This document shows, piece by piece, positions 51,410-64,000 of a stretch of DNA of 64,000 nucleotides. A model generated the notes under the pieces. It was not told the DNA's origin. It searched no databases and was given only the letters and a program-made list of their open reading frames with translations. The translations under genes and the position numbers were made by a program. Each line of letters opens with the position of its first letter. The first letter of the stretch is position 1. The DNA comes from Amphiscolops sp. MND2022 (Eukaryota), in assembly GCA_964187785.1 (NCBI GenBank), contig OZ076409.1:70248001-70312000 (forward strand). The letters are read 5' to 3'.

Positions 51410-52747
51410 GGTACTTGTGAACAGTTCCTTTTTACACCATAGCACCAATACTTCCCTATTGGTTTTTCTATAGCCGCTTTTCGTAACAAAAAAATCGCAT
51501 AATGGGAAGTTTTTTGCCAGACCGCAGAAAATTGATATTCCGTCACCATAACTTGGTTTGGTGGTTAGCATGTGTATTTTGCATTTAGTGACTTGTAAAC
51601 TCCGCGCAGGTCAAAACCTTTTTCATGTTTGCAAACCTCGTTGGAATCAGAAGGCCCCCTTTCGTGTGTTTTACCCACTGTCCATTTTTTAAAAAAAAAC
51701 TTCCTTTCACTAATTTGAGTTTTTGGATATTTCCCGTTAAAAGGAGGCGTTTGCGGTGTCAAAAACTCCATCATTTACCTTTTGTCACTCTGCTAGTTTT
51801 TCAAAGGGCGCCGACTAGATTGTTCCTGCGTCTCAGGTGATATGAGCAGCTTGCAAAACATGAATGGTAGAAACAGCAACCTTACAGTGTATGCAACACT
51901 GACGAGAAAACGTCAGCACGCCGGGAATGATAGTCGGCGCCCCATTTATAGCTCAAAAAAGTAAAACACTTTAAAGTGTCAGAGACTTTGTTGAAAAAAT
52001 CTCAATCTCAGTGGTGAAACAAAAACTAGAAAACTGATCCATTAGGCTCAGAAAAAATTAGAATATTGTTTCAAATGTGCTAAAAGGCTGTTCTCATGCG
52101 AATTCGTAATGTTACGTCAAAATATTTGTGCTTTTTCCTCACTGAAAACACATTTAAACACTGAAAAAAATTCACTCCGAAAATTGACTTTCCCGAAAAA
52201 AATTGCGTGCAACTGAAAGATCTAAAACGGGACCCTTTGGCTTGTAAAGGTTTTTTCTTTAACCACTTTTGTCATTAGGCTAAAGTCGAACCCTTGTAGA
52301 AATCCGGTAAGTTCTGCTAAGAAAACTTGCTCATTTCCAAAAATCAACACCTAAATTTATTTTTAAATCCATATAAATAGGTCAGAATTAAAGAAGAATG
52401 TGTACAAATTCTGTTGAAAACAACGTCAATTCGACAGGATTGAAAAACTGCCGAAAAACAATTGGAATTTTGGAATTGTCACGCTTGATTCCAATAAACA
52501 GATCAAGATGGGCAATGGATAGATAAATTCTTCGTATACAGCTAGAGACGCATTTAGAAAACATTCCGGTAACGGCCCAAGTCGGCGCCCGCTAAAGGTT
52601 CAAAAATGTAAAGTCTTTCAAATTGCAAAAGGACACTATTGTTAAAATTTCATCAATTTTACACTACCAAAAATACACGAAAGGATACGCATGAGAATCA
52701 AAATCCACTTTTTCCCCAACTGGAAACAACAAAAAACGAAAACCTCT

Positions 52748-53042
52748 TGTAATGGAAATCTTTGAATAATTTGCCACGTGCCATTATTAATCATTATCAA
52801 TATTGAATAAAGTGATTCATCAACGTCAAGAGTTTCGACCCCCATTTAAAGTAAGATCATTCCAATTTTCTTCTACATTTTTGGTGACCCCACCAGTTAT
52901 GTCCCCTGGAGTGTAATGGAAATCTTTGAATAATTTGCCACGTGCCATTATTAATCATTGTCAATATTGAATAAAGTGATTCATCAACGTCAAGAGTTTT
53001 GACCCCCATTTAAAGTAAGATCATTCCAATTTTCTTCTACAC
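52748..53042. repeat. Direct repeat, about 129 bp x2, with a ~35-bp spacer
   Basis: TGTAATGGAAATCTTTGAATAATTTGCC...TTTTCTTCTACA at 52748 and 52912. Confidence 0.85.
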
Positions 53043-53386
53043 CTCTCGAAAAACAAAGATTGAGAAAAATGTCTCCGGTAAGTCGCATAGCGCCGAAAAC
53101 CCTGAAGAACACTCTATGCTTTGATTTCTAATAAATAACAAAATTCTAGTAGCATAGTACCGAAACAACGCCGGTCTCGAAAACAAACACAATTCGGATC
53201 CAGCGCAATTTTTTGATAAAGCGCTCCCTCCGCTTCTTATTTAGTGGAACGTAATTAACTTCGCAAATAACGTCTAACGTTTGCATATAGGCGACATTGA
53301 AATCCTTTTTTTCGAACCTCAGAGTCATCTTTAGTTAATCGCTAGTTACTTCGGATATAACGTCAAAATTCGGATCTAGCGCATTA

Positions 53387-53935
53387 TTTTTAGTCGGCGC
53401 ATTTTAGTAGAAAATGTGCTCGACTATTACAGTGGGTAGTTTTTTTTAGACACGAAAGGTCCACTTTTTTGTTCATTTGTTCAACAACCTCAAACCTCAA
53501 CAACTTCAAACCTCAACAACTCCAACCTCAGAAGCGCGTCCAAAACGACAAGAAAAAACAAAACAGACGTCCACAACCTCGAAAACACACTAAAGTTCCC
53601 ACCTTAGCCCCACTTTTTTTCGGCACAATGCGACTTTTTTTGAAGTTTTTTGGATTGCACCAGGGGGTCCCTCCTTCGTTTCGATATTTTACAACACAAT
53701 GGATGTCAAAAAAATCGCAAAGGGTCCCCTTTTACATTTTTCGGCACTCTGACACTGTTCAAAAATCTCATTAAAAAATTTTTTTGGGAAGTTTTTTCAT
53801 GTCTACCAAAGGGTCCCCCCTTCATTTTTTCAAACTTTTTTTGCAACCAGCTGGAGTTTCACAAAGCCCGAAGGGTCCCCCTTTTAAATTTTGAGCCTTA
53901 GATATGGCGCCGACTTTGGCCGTTCTCGGCTTGTT
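53387..53935 (+). mobile_element. HINE-like element
   Basis: TTTTTAGTCGGCGC...CGACTA and GGCGCCGACTTTGGCCGTTCTCGGCTTGTT; related to the 27854 copy. Confidence 0.75.
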
Positions 53936-55150
53936 GATCTTTAATAACCTCTTCAATGTGACTTCTTTAATGTAACGCAACTTCGGATATGACGTCAAAT
54001 GTTTGGATACAGCGTGCTGGTCCACTGAGACAATCAAATTTCAAGATTTAAAATACTCATTTTGAAAATTTCACAGTGCCGAAAATTGTGAAAGGGGAAC
54101 CCTTTGGGCTTTTTAAAAATCCAGTTCGTTACAAAATATCAAAAAATGGAAGAAGGACTCTTTGGAGTTATTAAAAAAATCGGATAAGGACCAAAAATGA
54201 GATTTTTGAACAGTCTCAAAGTACCGAAAAATACGAAAGGGGGACCCTTCGGGCTTTTTCAACATCAATTCTTTTGCAAAATATCCAAAAAAGGGACAAT
54301 ATTTGAAAAACGTCTCACTGAGTCGAAACAAATCGAACGAGGGAACAACAAGTGCAACTGATTGCGCTTAGCTGACGAACAAACTAGCGACTGTGAGATC
54401 AATAGCAGTGATATTTTAGGACCAGCTTTTTGTGTGATTTCTTTGGGCTTTTCCAAAAAATAAAAATTTTCTCTTTTCCAAAAAATTACACCTAGCAATT
54501 ATCTCGGATTTCCTAAAGAAGCGATCTGATAAACATGAGGAGTAAGTGGGTTCGAGTCTCGAAGTAAACCGAAATTTTTATGCTTGCAAATGTAAAACGG
54601 TGAGCAAAGGGTCCCACTTTTGGGGTTTTCTCAGCACAATGCGATCTTTTTACCAAAATTTTCGAACCGAAGTGCCTCGTTCAAGTTTTAGCAGAAATGA
54701 AGTGTTTTGTAAGCATAGAGGGTCACCATAGGTATTTCCCATACAATGTGATATAACGAAATGTTTCAAATTCTCGAAAAAATCGTATCTTTCTATTTTG
54801 AGGCTTTCTGAGGTTTTCCTAGTACTAAGGGAAACCTCATTGATAGTGTTTTGGTCCTGTGGAACTCATGATAGTTTTCTCAATTTTTGTGGAAAAGATA
54901 GACGGTTTTTCGGCATTGTGCACTCCGAAAAAAATTAGTTTGCTCAAATTTGCCCCTCACTACCATAAATAGTTTCGGGTTGAAAAAAGCGTTTATTCAT
55001 TGCTAGACACGTTTTCTCTGAAAACAGTTATCAAAAGATTCAAAAGTTAGACACTGGGTAGGTCCAGCGTACTTCCTACTAAGATTTATCGAAATTCGTA
55101 TTGAGCGTCATCAATTTGGACATCACTGTCTTTTCTGAATCGATACATAT

Positions 55151-55550
55151 AATTGACAACCGGTCGGTAGATGCAGAATGAATCCTGGACGATCATGTGG
55201 TGAAAATGAAATCACAAAAGGTATAGACGTTTTTCAAAAAACAATCGGAAAATTACAAAGTTACCATGAAGTGGTCCCTTCAGTCTCAAAAACTAATTGA
55301 CAACCGATCGGTAGATGCAGAATGAATCCTGGACGATCATGTGGTGAAAATGAAATCACAAAAGGTATAGACGTTTTTCAAAAAACAATCGGAAAATTAC
55401 AAAGTTACCATGAAGTGGTCCCTTCAGTCTCAAAAACTAATTGACAACCGATCGGTAGATGCAGAATGAATCCTGGACGATCATGTGGTGAAAATCAAAT
55501 CAGAAAAGGTATAGACGTTTTTCAAAAAACAATCGGAAAGTTTAAAGTTA
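55151..55550. repeat. 144-bp tandem repeat, about 2.8 copies
   Basis: AATTGACAACCG(G/A)TCGGTAGATGCAG at 55151, 55295 and 55439. Confidence 0.92.
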
Positions 55551-56096
55551 TTCCCTCCCTATACCACAACGGGCAAAATTGACAACATCAAAAATTTTGC
55601 TCACCATAACACAACAGATCAAACTGAGAACATCGAAAACTTTCGCCATAATTGAGAATATCAAAATCTTTCTCGGACGAAACACTTTCCTGTTCTCAAT
55701 TTCAGCTCATGTAAGGATAGAATTCTCTCTTGTAGTCATCAAAAAATTTGAAAGTAAAAACATCAGTTGTTTGATCTGAAGCGGCATTAACAATGAAACA
55801 AGGTCAAAGACACAAATATCAAAGAAAAATACCAGGTACCAGCTAGCTAATACCAGCAAGTTTGATACAGTACAGGTTACTATAAGTACATACTACAGTA
55901 TCTGAAAAAACCATTTATGGAAAGGTTTTAATCCTAATCTTAATACAGACAAATTCAAGTTCATGGGGAAAATATAATTTGGTCAATGTCTCATCGAGAA
56001 AGGTTTTTTGAACGTCAAAAACAAAGGTGTAGATAATCAAACACAAATTTGTGAGGGTCTTTGTAAACTGAACAATCTTGAGTTTCCAACTAAAAA

Positions 56097-56465
56097 GTGA
56101 ACTATTCATCATGCAAATATGTCTCATTCAACGAATTTTTTACTAAATGTGGATTAGGAAACTCAGAAACTTTTAATGTGAAAATGAAAGAAATCTTAGA
56201 AAAATTCAATTTGAGCACACATATTCCTTGTGGAATATATATGAGAGATGATAAGTTTACAATTACGACCGGAATAGTTAATTTACATCCAACTAAAGGA
56301 ACATACTGCGTTATGTATTAAAATATATAATACTTTGATTCATATGACTGCCCTCCTCCACTAAGTATAATGAATGACATTAGCTGAGGTATATATTCAG
56401 AATGAAGACAAATTCAGAAAAATGATAGTTATTGTGCAGCGTATTGTTTTTGTTTTATATCTTAC
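56097..56465 (+). pseudogene. Adenain-like cysteine protease remnant
   Basis: GIVNLHPTKGTYCVMY*..YFDSYDCPPP...IQKNDSYCAAYC follows the GTHW / YFDS / Q..CG.YC adenain pattern, with stops. Confidence 0.7.
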
Positions 56466-57579
56466 ACCATTACGATACACGTACCGGTAAGCTGCCTTTA
56501 GTCAAGCAGCGTAATCTGAGTAAAATGGTAAAATGGTCATTCAGCGTAACTTAGTCAAGACGGTCTATGCTTCAACGGTGTAGCAAAATCAACGCGCGTA
56601 ATGGAAAATTGTGTAAGTTAGTCAAAACACGTAATTAGAAAAAAGCGGAAGTTAGTCCAAAAATACTCTTTTTCGTAAGTCAGTCAAAACGTTGACTAAC
56701 TTCCACTTTTTGCAAATTGAGGGACTCCTATACTTCCGAAAAGTGGAATGTGGTCAAAGTTTTGACTAACTTACACCATGTTTATATGCATTCAAAACTC
56801 AGTGTTCATTTTAATTCTAATTCATACCACAGCATCATAAACCAGTCAAAGTAAACAATGATTCAATAAATAATTAGTTATCATTACTGAGCTCTACCGT
56901 GCATAGTACGTATAAACTGCATTCAATGCAAGTTGCACACGTGAACACGTGTGTTTCATCCACGCATTTACGTGCAAATAAAATACCATGTAGCTTCTAA
57001 TTAGTACAATTGATTGATCTGTCAACAGGTTTCCTATTTTAACAAAACAATTTTAAAGCAGCCCTCATTAATAGTTGCCTAACTAATTTTAATTTTGGTC
57101 CCTGTCGTGAGCACAGTCACCGGAATGATTGGTTAACTTGTTATTTTGGTCTGGGTATTTTGAGCCAGGGTATTGGCAAGGATCTATTTTGATCCCTGTC
57201 GTGAGCAACATCAAGAAAAGTTGTAACAAATAATCTATACGAAGTTGAAACTTTATCAAACCGAAAACAGTAGTTTATGGAATACCGATCTTGAATTATT
57301 GACAGCTAATAGAATTTAACAATGCAGTTTTAATTTTGTATTATCAGACTTTTGCCAACAATACGTGAAGAGAACTACCTATTCAGCTCAATTTAAAATC
57401 ATCTCAGAACATTAAAATCAAAGTCAAAATCATCCGAATGAGTAGGATGAAAATGTGTCCGCAAATCATTCGAACCATGAAAATCAAAATCGATAAAATC
57501 CAAGGGGGAAAAATTATCGAAAGACAAGAGTTTAAAAACAACATAGCCGCCAGTAGATTTAAAGAAAACTTTGCTCAAT

Positions 57580-58610
57580 AAATGCATCTATCGAACTTTG
57601 TGATTTAAGATAAAAAAGAATCACTTTCGCTAAGTATAGCAAAATCTAACCAAGAAATTGTTGAAAATACTTATTATAAACCACAAGAAACGTTAGAATA
57701 TAAAATGAACAAACAAAGCTAATTTTGTTCTTTCGATGTTCTCCTACATTTAAACGAAACATGTTTGATGGGAGTAACAAGGTAGCAAATCTCCAACAAT
57801 GTTTATATTACAACACCCACCAACAATAAACTTCAGGATCTTCTCAAATTTGAACAACTCGATATACATGAACTTGATACTGGGGTAGTGCCGAATGTTA
57901 AAAAACTGTTTAAATGCTATGATTTAGACAACTGTAGGCTGTTTTACGAATTTACAAATAAAGCTAATATGTTTTCAACTACTAGTTATAATAAGAAAAA
58001 ACCTACTAGAAAAGATTTCGGCACATTATCTGGGATGAATGGGAACCTTGACCAACAACCCAACTTCTTCCCGAAATTGATATTCAGGATGCTTTTATTG
58101 AAATAGAATTACCAGAGTATATGAAATAGTCGAAATAAATAACACCATCAAGCAAAAATTATGTCTGGTTATGGATCAGTTGATACGAGGCAATCTATCA
58201 ACCCAGTATTTTCAAGTTCTAGTTTTGAACTCACCATAGAAGCAGATACAAAATCAAATAAATCCTTTTTAACATCATCAAACCAGATATTTTTTTACTT
58301 CAGAATTACATAAACTTCCAGGTTTCACATCTGTAGTGTATGAAGCAGGATCTCACAAATAAGACAAACCAGTTATGATTATATGAATAGAAAAAGTTCA
58401 ACTGAAGTGGGATTGTGTAGATGGCAATGTTTCATCTTAATGCTCCACCAAGATATAAAGTTACAAAAGAGCAACCACTATTTTATACAAAAAGATAAAC
58501 AAAACACGTAGAGACAACATCCAATTTTTCTTCGAAGACTCGAGGCATAACCCAGTAGATTTCAACAACGAGACACTCACTTCCACATTTCAAATCATCA
58601 AGATTTAATT
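57580..58610 (+). pseudogene. Minor capsid (penton)-like protein remnant
   Basis: KPQETLEYKM at the N-terminus; C-terminal DKPVMI..IEKVQLKWDCVDG...YKKINK...IQFFFED..NPVDFNNETLT resembles Polinton-type minor capsid proteins. Confidence 0.5.
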
Positions 58611-60748
58611 TATATAAATATTGAGCTTCAATAAACTTAAAAGTAGTTCATATTGTGTTGGTGGCAAACACGTTCCTGCCGCGAATAATATTCAAAAAAG
58701 AAAATACTCAAATAAAAGAAAGCATGAACACACAGTAAATTTTCAAGAGGTGTATGTGAAACATGTAAAAGCAATAAATCACTCCTTGTATCAGACCAAA
58801 CTCTCGAAAAAATATTCAAAGAATCCTGGTAGAGCATTAGAAATAGCTGCAAAAATGGTACAGCAGCAGCGAAAAATAGAAAAACTAATTACTGCAACTG
58901 CTCTCGATTATAATATTTGTTCCTCAAGGGAAGTGTCAAAGTGTCGATGTGTGTAAAGTCAAATAATGAATATGTCTATAGACATATTCATCAATTCATG
59001 AAAGATTCATGGAAAAAACATAAATTTATATAATTTAATTAGGTATTTTTTTTTATTCATGAAATTAAGAAACATGTTCATGAAGATGTCTGAGTTTTAC
59101 TCAAAATTGAATATTACCAAATGTATTCAATTCATATTCGTGATGATTTAAAAAAGCTAAAAAATTGCAAGAAACAAAAAAAATACTAAAAGTAGAAAAA
59201 ATATAAGAAAAACATGGGAATCTAGACTTTCATTACTATATGGAAGACAGTTTTGAGCCCGTCACCGAAAACCAGAAACAAAACCAACTTTAACTAGAGG
59301 CTTTTTCAGTAAAACAAATACAAGCCCTACGTGATTCTAGTATAAGTTCGACATAAGCAGTCTTTATTATTTCTCAAGATAAGACTAAAGTAAGACAAGA
59401 ATCCAAAAACGTTTTGAAAAAAATATGCAAAACTGTTTTAGAGGAGGACTACAGAGCTTGCGGATAGAACATTACATATTTTGAACTAGATTCATCACAG
59501 ATTTTATATTACTTTTGTTTTTTTTTCTTCTAGCCTCTATATTGATAAAAAGTGGCTTTTTCCTTTCCATGCCTCACTAAAGAGTTGTTTGAGTCCGTCC
59601 TAAGACATATCAAAACCAGTAATGTCTCTGTAAATGTGTTCTACATCTTTCAATGTTTGTTGAAAGAAAATCATAGTGCTAGAATTATTTCATATGGTTT
59701 GTTTAGGTAAATCGAATTAGCTTTGTGATAAAAAACAAACATCACAATCAGGTTGTCTTCCTCTAGTGAAAAAGAACCTATTAATTTCTGACTAGTGTCC
59801 AGCATATCATTTAACACGTCACATGCATTGTGACAGTCTTGTATATCTCCCACGTTTTCCGAAATTCAAATATCAAAATACAGATTTCCGTATTGTTCGA
59901 AAGATTTAGTTACGAAATGTTTTTGTTCTTTATTATCGCACAATTTCATCAATTTTAATTTATTCAATGCCAAGCAGAACTTGCCACAAAAAGAAGGACT
60001 ATGAATGTTCCATTTAAATCATGATCTTGTATATTTGAATGATTTTTAATTTCATCTCAGTGATTTGTAGTAATAATATTATCAATCATTGTATGAATGT
60101 TTTCATATGATTTGATAGATATGTTGTCTTGAATTCGCAATCACAGTATTCACATTTTAGATTGATTTATCTAAAACGTTCCCTGCATTTGTTATGCAAT
60201 TTGTTGTTCTTATAATTGAAGAATTCTAATTTCAAATAATTACACTTCTTGCTCCTCTTTTTATTTTTACAATTGGCACAAACTGGCTTTTCACAACCTT
60301 GGGCACAAATTAGATACTCCATTATTCAGTGGAAAAAATCACTGAGAATACTATGAAAAACACTAAAAGCCCCATTTTGAGCGCTAAGGCCCCCACCTAG
60401 TAGTGGAAAAAAAATACGTACTTAGTGCTCTTACTGACATCAAGCTTACTACGCACTAAGAGCCTTAGTTTTGCTGATTTGATTACTTGTGATTGATAAA
60501 ATAGATTGCTTGGGTAAAGTTTATATTCTTGAATTCCTATTAGAGTTGCAGTGATACTAAGGATTGCTGCATACGTTCAACATAACTTTCTATTTTAGTT
60601 TCATCAACTTTGTAATTATTTAGTTTACAAATTGCAACAAAAAGTTTGCTACGTTTAATGGATTTATCTCTCAAAGACGGGTTACTTCTCATAGGTTCAA
60701 GACTTCAGGACTCCACGTATTACGGGTAGTATAATCATATATTAGTAA

Positions 60749-61340
60749 TTACTTCTCCTTTAGGATTTTGTATTTTCGTGATTTTGTATAAAAATCAATA
60801 ATTCCAAAATCTAACTGATCACGGTAATGTTTCCATTTGTGCAGTGCATCTTCTATTGAATATGTGTGTACAAGTGGTTCAAAGAAACTATCCGGGTTGT
60901 TAATTGTCATAAACACTTCAATACAAATGCCCCTCGCTGCAGAGAGAACATTCTTTGCGTAGTGGGCCAAACATTTTACTTGTTTTTTTATATGTCTCCC
61001 GAAGAGAATGATTTATATATGTACTTTTTATATATCCGAAGAAATCTTCTACTTTTGTTTTTGGTTGTTTGAATGCACCAGCATTGCCCAGTATTACTGT
61101 TTTATTATCTAGTTGATCTCTATCTACTTTTCGAATTGTAGAAAATGTAGGAACCTCTGTTCATGGACCTCGGTCGAGTCCCTGCCAAATACTATGGAAT
61201 TTGATTTGGTTTCAGCAAAATAGTACTTTAAAATAATGGTTTTGACCGAACCTGTCCTGCCATATACCAAAACAGGACATTTTGTTTTCCTGATCGGCAG
61301 GGTAAGTTGTTGTTCTTCGCAATTAGTAGTTTAATGAGAA
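60749..61340 (-). pseudogene. A32/FtsK-like genome-packaging ATPase remnant
   Basis: Walker A-like VLVYGRTGSVKT (~61235-61275), Walker B-like KTVILGNAG, then LAHYAKNVLSAARGICIEVF. Confidence 0.55.
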
Positions 61341-64000
61341 CACTTAATTCCTTCAAATTGTTTCTTTAGTTTATATAATTTTTATGATGCCTTGGGCGAA
61401 TATACGATCAAAAAATTCAAAATATTACAGAGTATAATACAAAATGTACTAATTTAGAAGAAATATTTAGAGATAGTTTTTCTCGTTCGGAAATAATCTT
61501 CGATGATCAGTTGCGGACATCCTTTATCAATAAAAAGTTCTCAGAAAAAAATAAATCTGTTCCCGATTTAAAAAATAAATCTTTTCCGAAAAATGAACTT
61601 GAAAAAATTCATTTTATTTCTAAATTGCTCTAAAATTAAATGTGAATAAGGAATTTTACTCAGTTTGCAATTCTGAATGTGAATCCAATCTGATCATCTA
61701 AAGTCGGTAAAACAGCTCGATAAATTGGAGCAATTTACATGTTAAAAATGTAATTTTTATATACCATCATCAGATAAAAAAATCACATCTAAATTCTGAT
61801 GAACATAAATTTGAACAACAACACGAATGAAATCAAAAATTAATTACAACAGGTTTAGTTTTCATTAAAGCAACATAAGTCAAGTACAAAATCATACCGA
61901 ATCAACCGAAAATGGAAGAACAATCAAACCAAATTTTATCACAAAACGTATTTCCTATATTCAAAAGTCAAGTAAGTTGTCCAGCCAAATTTGATGAATT
62001 TGAAAACAATGCCGAATTCTTCAGAAGATGAGTAAAGTATAATATGATTTATAACTACGATTCAAAAGACATGCATCCACAACCTATGCAATGTGTAGAC
62101 AACGAAAAACTAGTAGGATCAGGTTTCCAATAGACAATCTAAGTTAAGCTTTTAAACCATTTTGACAAGATAAACCAAAAATTGCATTTAATTGGTTACT
62201 GGTTCATTTGTTCTTAGTTTTATTACAGGCGAACAAGGCTTGGTAGAGTTCTTACATCAAAACAAAGACGATCTTGATTGTAGTGAAGTAGACCAAAACC
62301 ATATACTCAATAGCACTAGCAATGAAAACAGTTGAAGGAAAAGCGAAATCGAAACTAGTCCAAATTTGGTGATAAATAGCCTTTTAGCCTTACGATCAAA
62401 GTCATAAATTTTCTCATATTCGAATAATACAATACAAACAGCAAAACCAAAAAGGAAAACAACATACATCAAACTACAAAGACAACAATCGGTGTTTGTT
62501 TAATTCCGAAACAAAATATTTCATTAGATATTCAATGCGGCTGAACCTACACGACCTTACTGTACAATGCTAGAGCAAAGTAACCTTGATTTGATATGAC
62601 TACTAGACGGATGTATATGAATCGTATGGAAGTTTATCATGAGATATACATACTCAGAAAATAGATTGTCCATGTTTGTTGTGTATAAAATTGATAGGAT
62701 TGTATTCCAAAGAAATAACTCAAAACAAAACAGTTGAAGAAAATTTAGGAGTGTATGGTATGAGAAGGGACAAAGTTTGCAAGAAACAAAATTTTACTAA
62801 AAGTAGAAAAAGAAAAAAAAACTTGAAAGCTAGACTGTAATTACAATATGGAAGACGTTTTTAAATCCGTCAATGAAAACCAGCAACAAAATCAATTTAA
62901 ACTAGAGGACTTTTCAGTGAAACAAATACAAGCCCTACGTGATTCTAGTATAAGTTCAACACAAGCAGTCATGATTTTGTCTCAAGACAAGACTAAAGTA
63001 AGAAAAGAATTCAAAAACGTTTTGAAGCAAAATATGCAAAACTATTTTAAAAGGGGACTACAAGAGTTTGATGAACATACCATGTGGTATTCAAATTATT
63101 CACGGTCTTGTTAGTTCTAGCACAGTTTCCGCGAGTATTTTTGAAACAGTTTCTAACCTCCTCAATTCCCTAGATCAATTTAGACAAGAACCTTTTGGAT
63201 CAAATCCAAATAGATTCACAAAAATTCCTACTAATCCTCAACAAGTACTACCCAAACACACTTCAATGACTTTCTTGAGTAATGGTAAAACATACGTTCT
63301 AAATTACCCAGATTTTTTATTTTTTAAATAATGAACAACTAGACAAAGAAATACAAAAAACGAATTTAATTTAAAGTTTCTTGAGCGACATGAATTATGG
63401 TAAAAACTATGGGGATGGACAATCAATTAGATTTTGTTTATTTGCAGATCTGAATAATCAAAATATGAATCAAAATTATCATTTGGGGAGTGGATTGCAC
63501 ACCGAACCGGTTGAATTTGTCTTTCTTCCATTTGATCCAGATGAACTTGTAGATCAACTAAAAATGCTTGATTAAGAAAAAGTAGGAGGATTGATTACCC
63601 TATTATAATTGAACAAATCATCAAAGTTTGTGATAAACTACTTGAATATGAATGTAAAACAACAAATCAACCCCAAAATATTGTCTCAGCGTTCAATCAG
63701 ACATAAAAATGATGAATCGTCAGATTCATTTAAAAAGATCCGTTTGCGGATAGATGATTACATATTTTGGATTACATTCATCACAGATTTTATATAACTT
63801 TTGCTTTTTTCTTCTAGCCTCTATCTTGATAAATTGTTACTTTGCCTTTCCATGCCTCCCTAGAGAGTTGTTTGAATTCGTCATAAGACATATCAAATCC
63901 AGCTATGTCTCGATAAATAAGTTCTACATCTTTCAATGTTTGTTTCAACCAGGTTGTCTTCCTCTAGTTAAAAAGGATTTCTTAATTTTTGACTAGTGTC

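Larger units (their letters stand above)
56090..64000. mobile_element. Degraded Polinton/Maverick- or adintovirus-like endogenous viral element
   Basis: AT-rich, intronless, densely packed broken ORFs including protease-, minor capsid- and packaging ATPase-like remnants. Confidence 0.65.

Noticed and set aside
55151..55550. 144-bp repeats as a CRISPR array or coding repeat
   Set aside because: Head-to-tail with no unique spacers and no sustained ORF
60749..61340. SF3/D5 helicase call for the P-loop remnant
   Set aside because: Spacing and the downstream LAHY...R motif fit an A32-like packaging ATPase better; not fully excluded

Overview
Eukaryotic (invertebrate-type) genomic DNA with spliceosomal GT-AG introns. 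Five conserved housekeeping genes lie in tandem on the + strand: TRAPPC12, SKI2/SKIV2L, DAD1, TXNDC11 and NDUFB5. Their exon chains were rebuilt by hand from splice sites and frame. Introns and the 3' end of the window are filled with mobile DNA: an intron-containing Helentron helicase-endonuclease fragment; a decayed minus-strand Helitron whose upstream region encodes an AMSH-like JAMM/MPN deubiquitinase domain; a BEL/Pao LTR retrotransposon with TSD, PBS and a truncated 3' LTR; a hAT element; a LINE 3' end; two MITEs; about ten HINE/DINE-1-like elements carrying tRNA-like heads and minisatellites; and a degraded Polinton/adintovirus-like element (protease, minor capsid, packaging ATPase). 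All family calls come from motif recognition only; no database searches were run.
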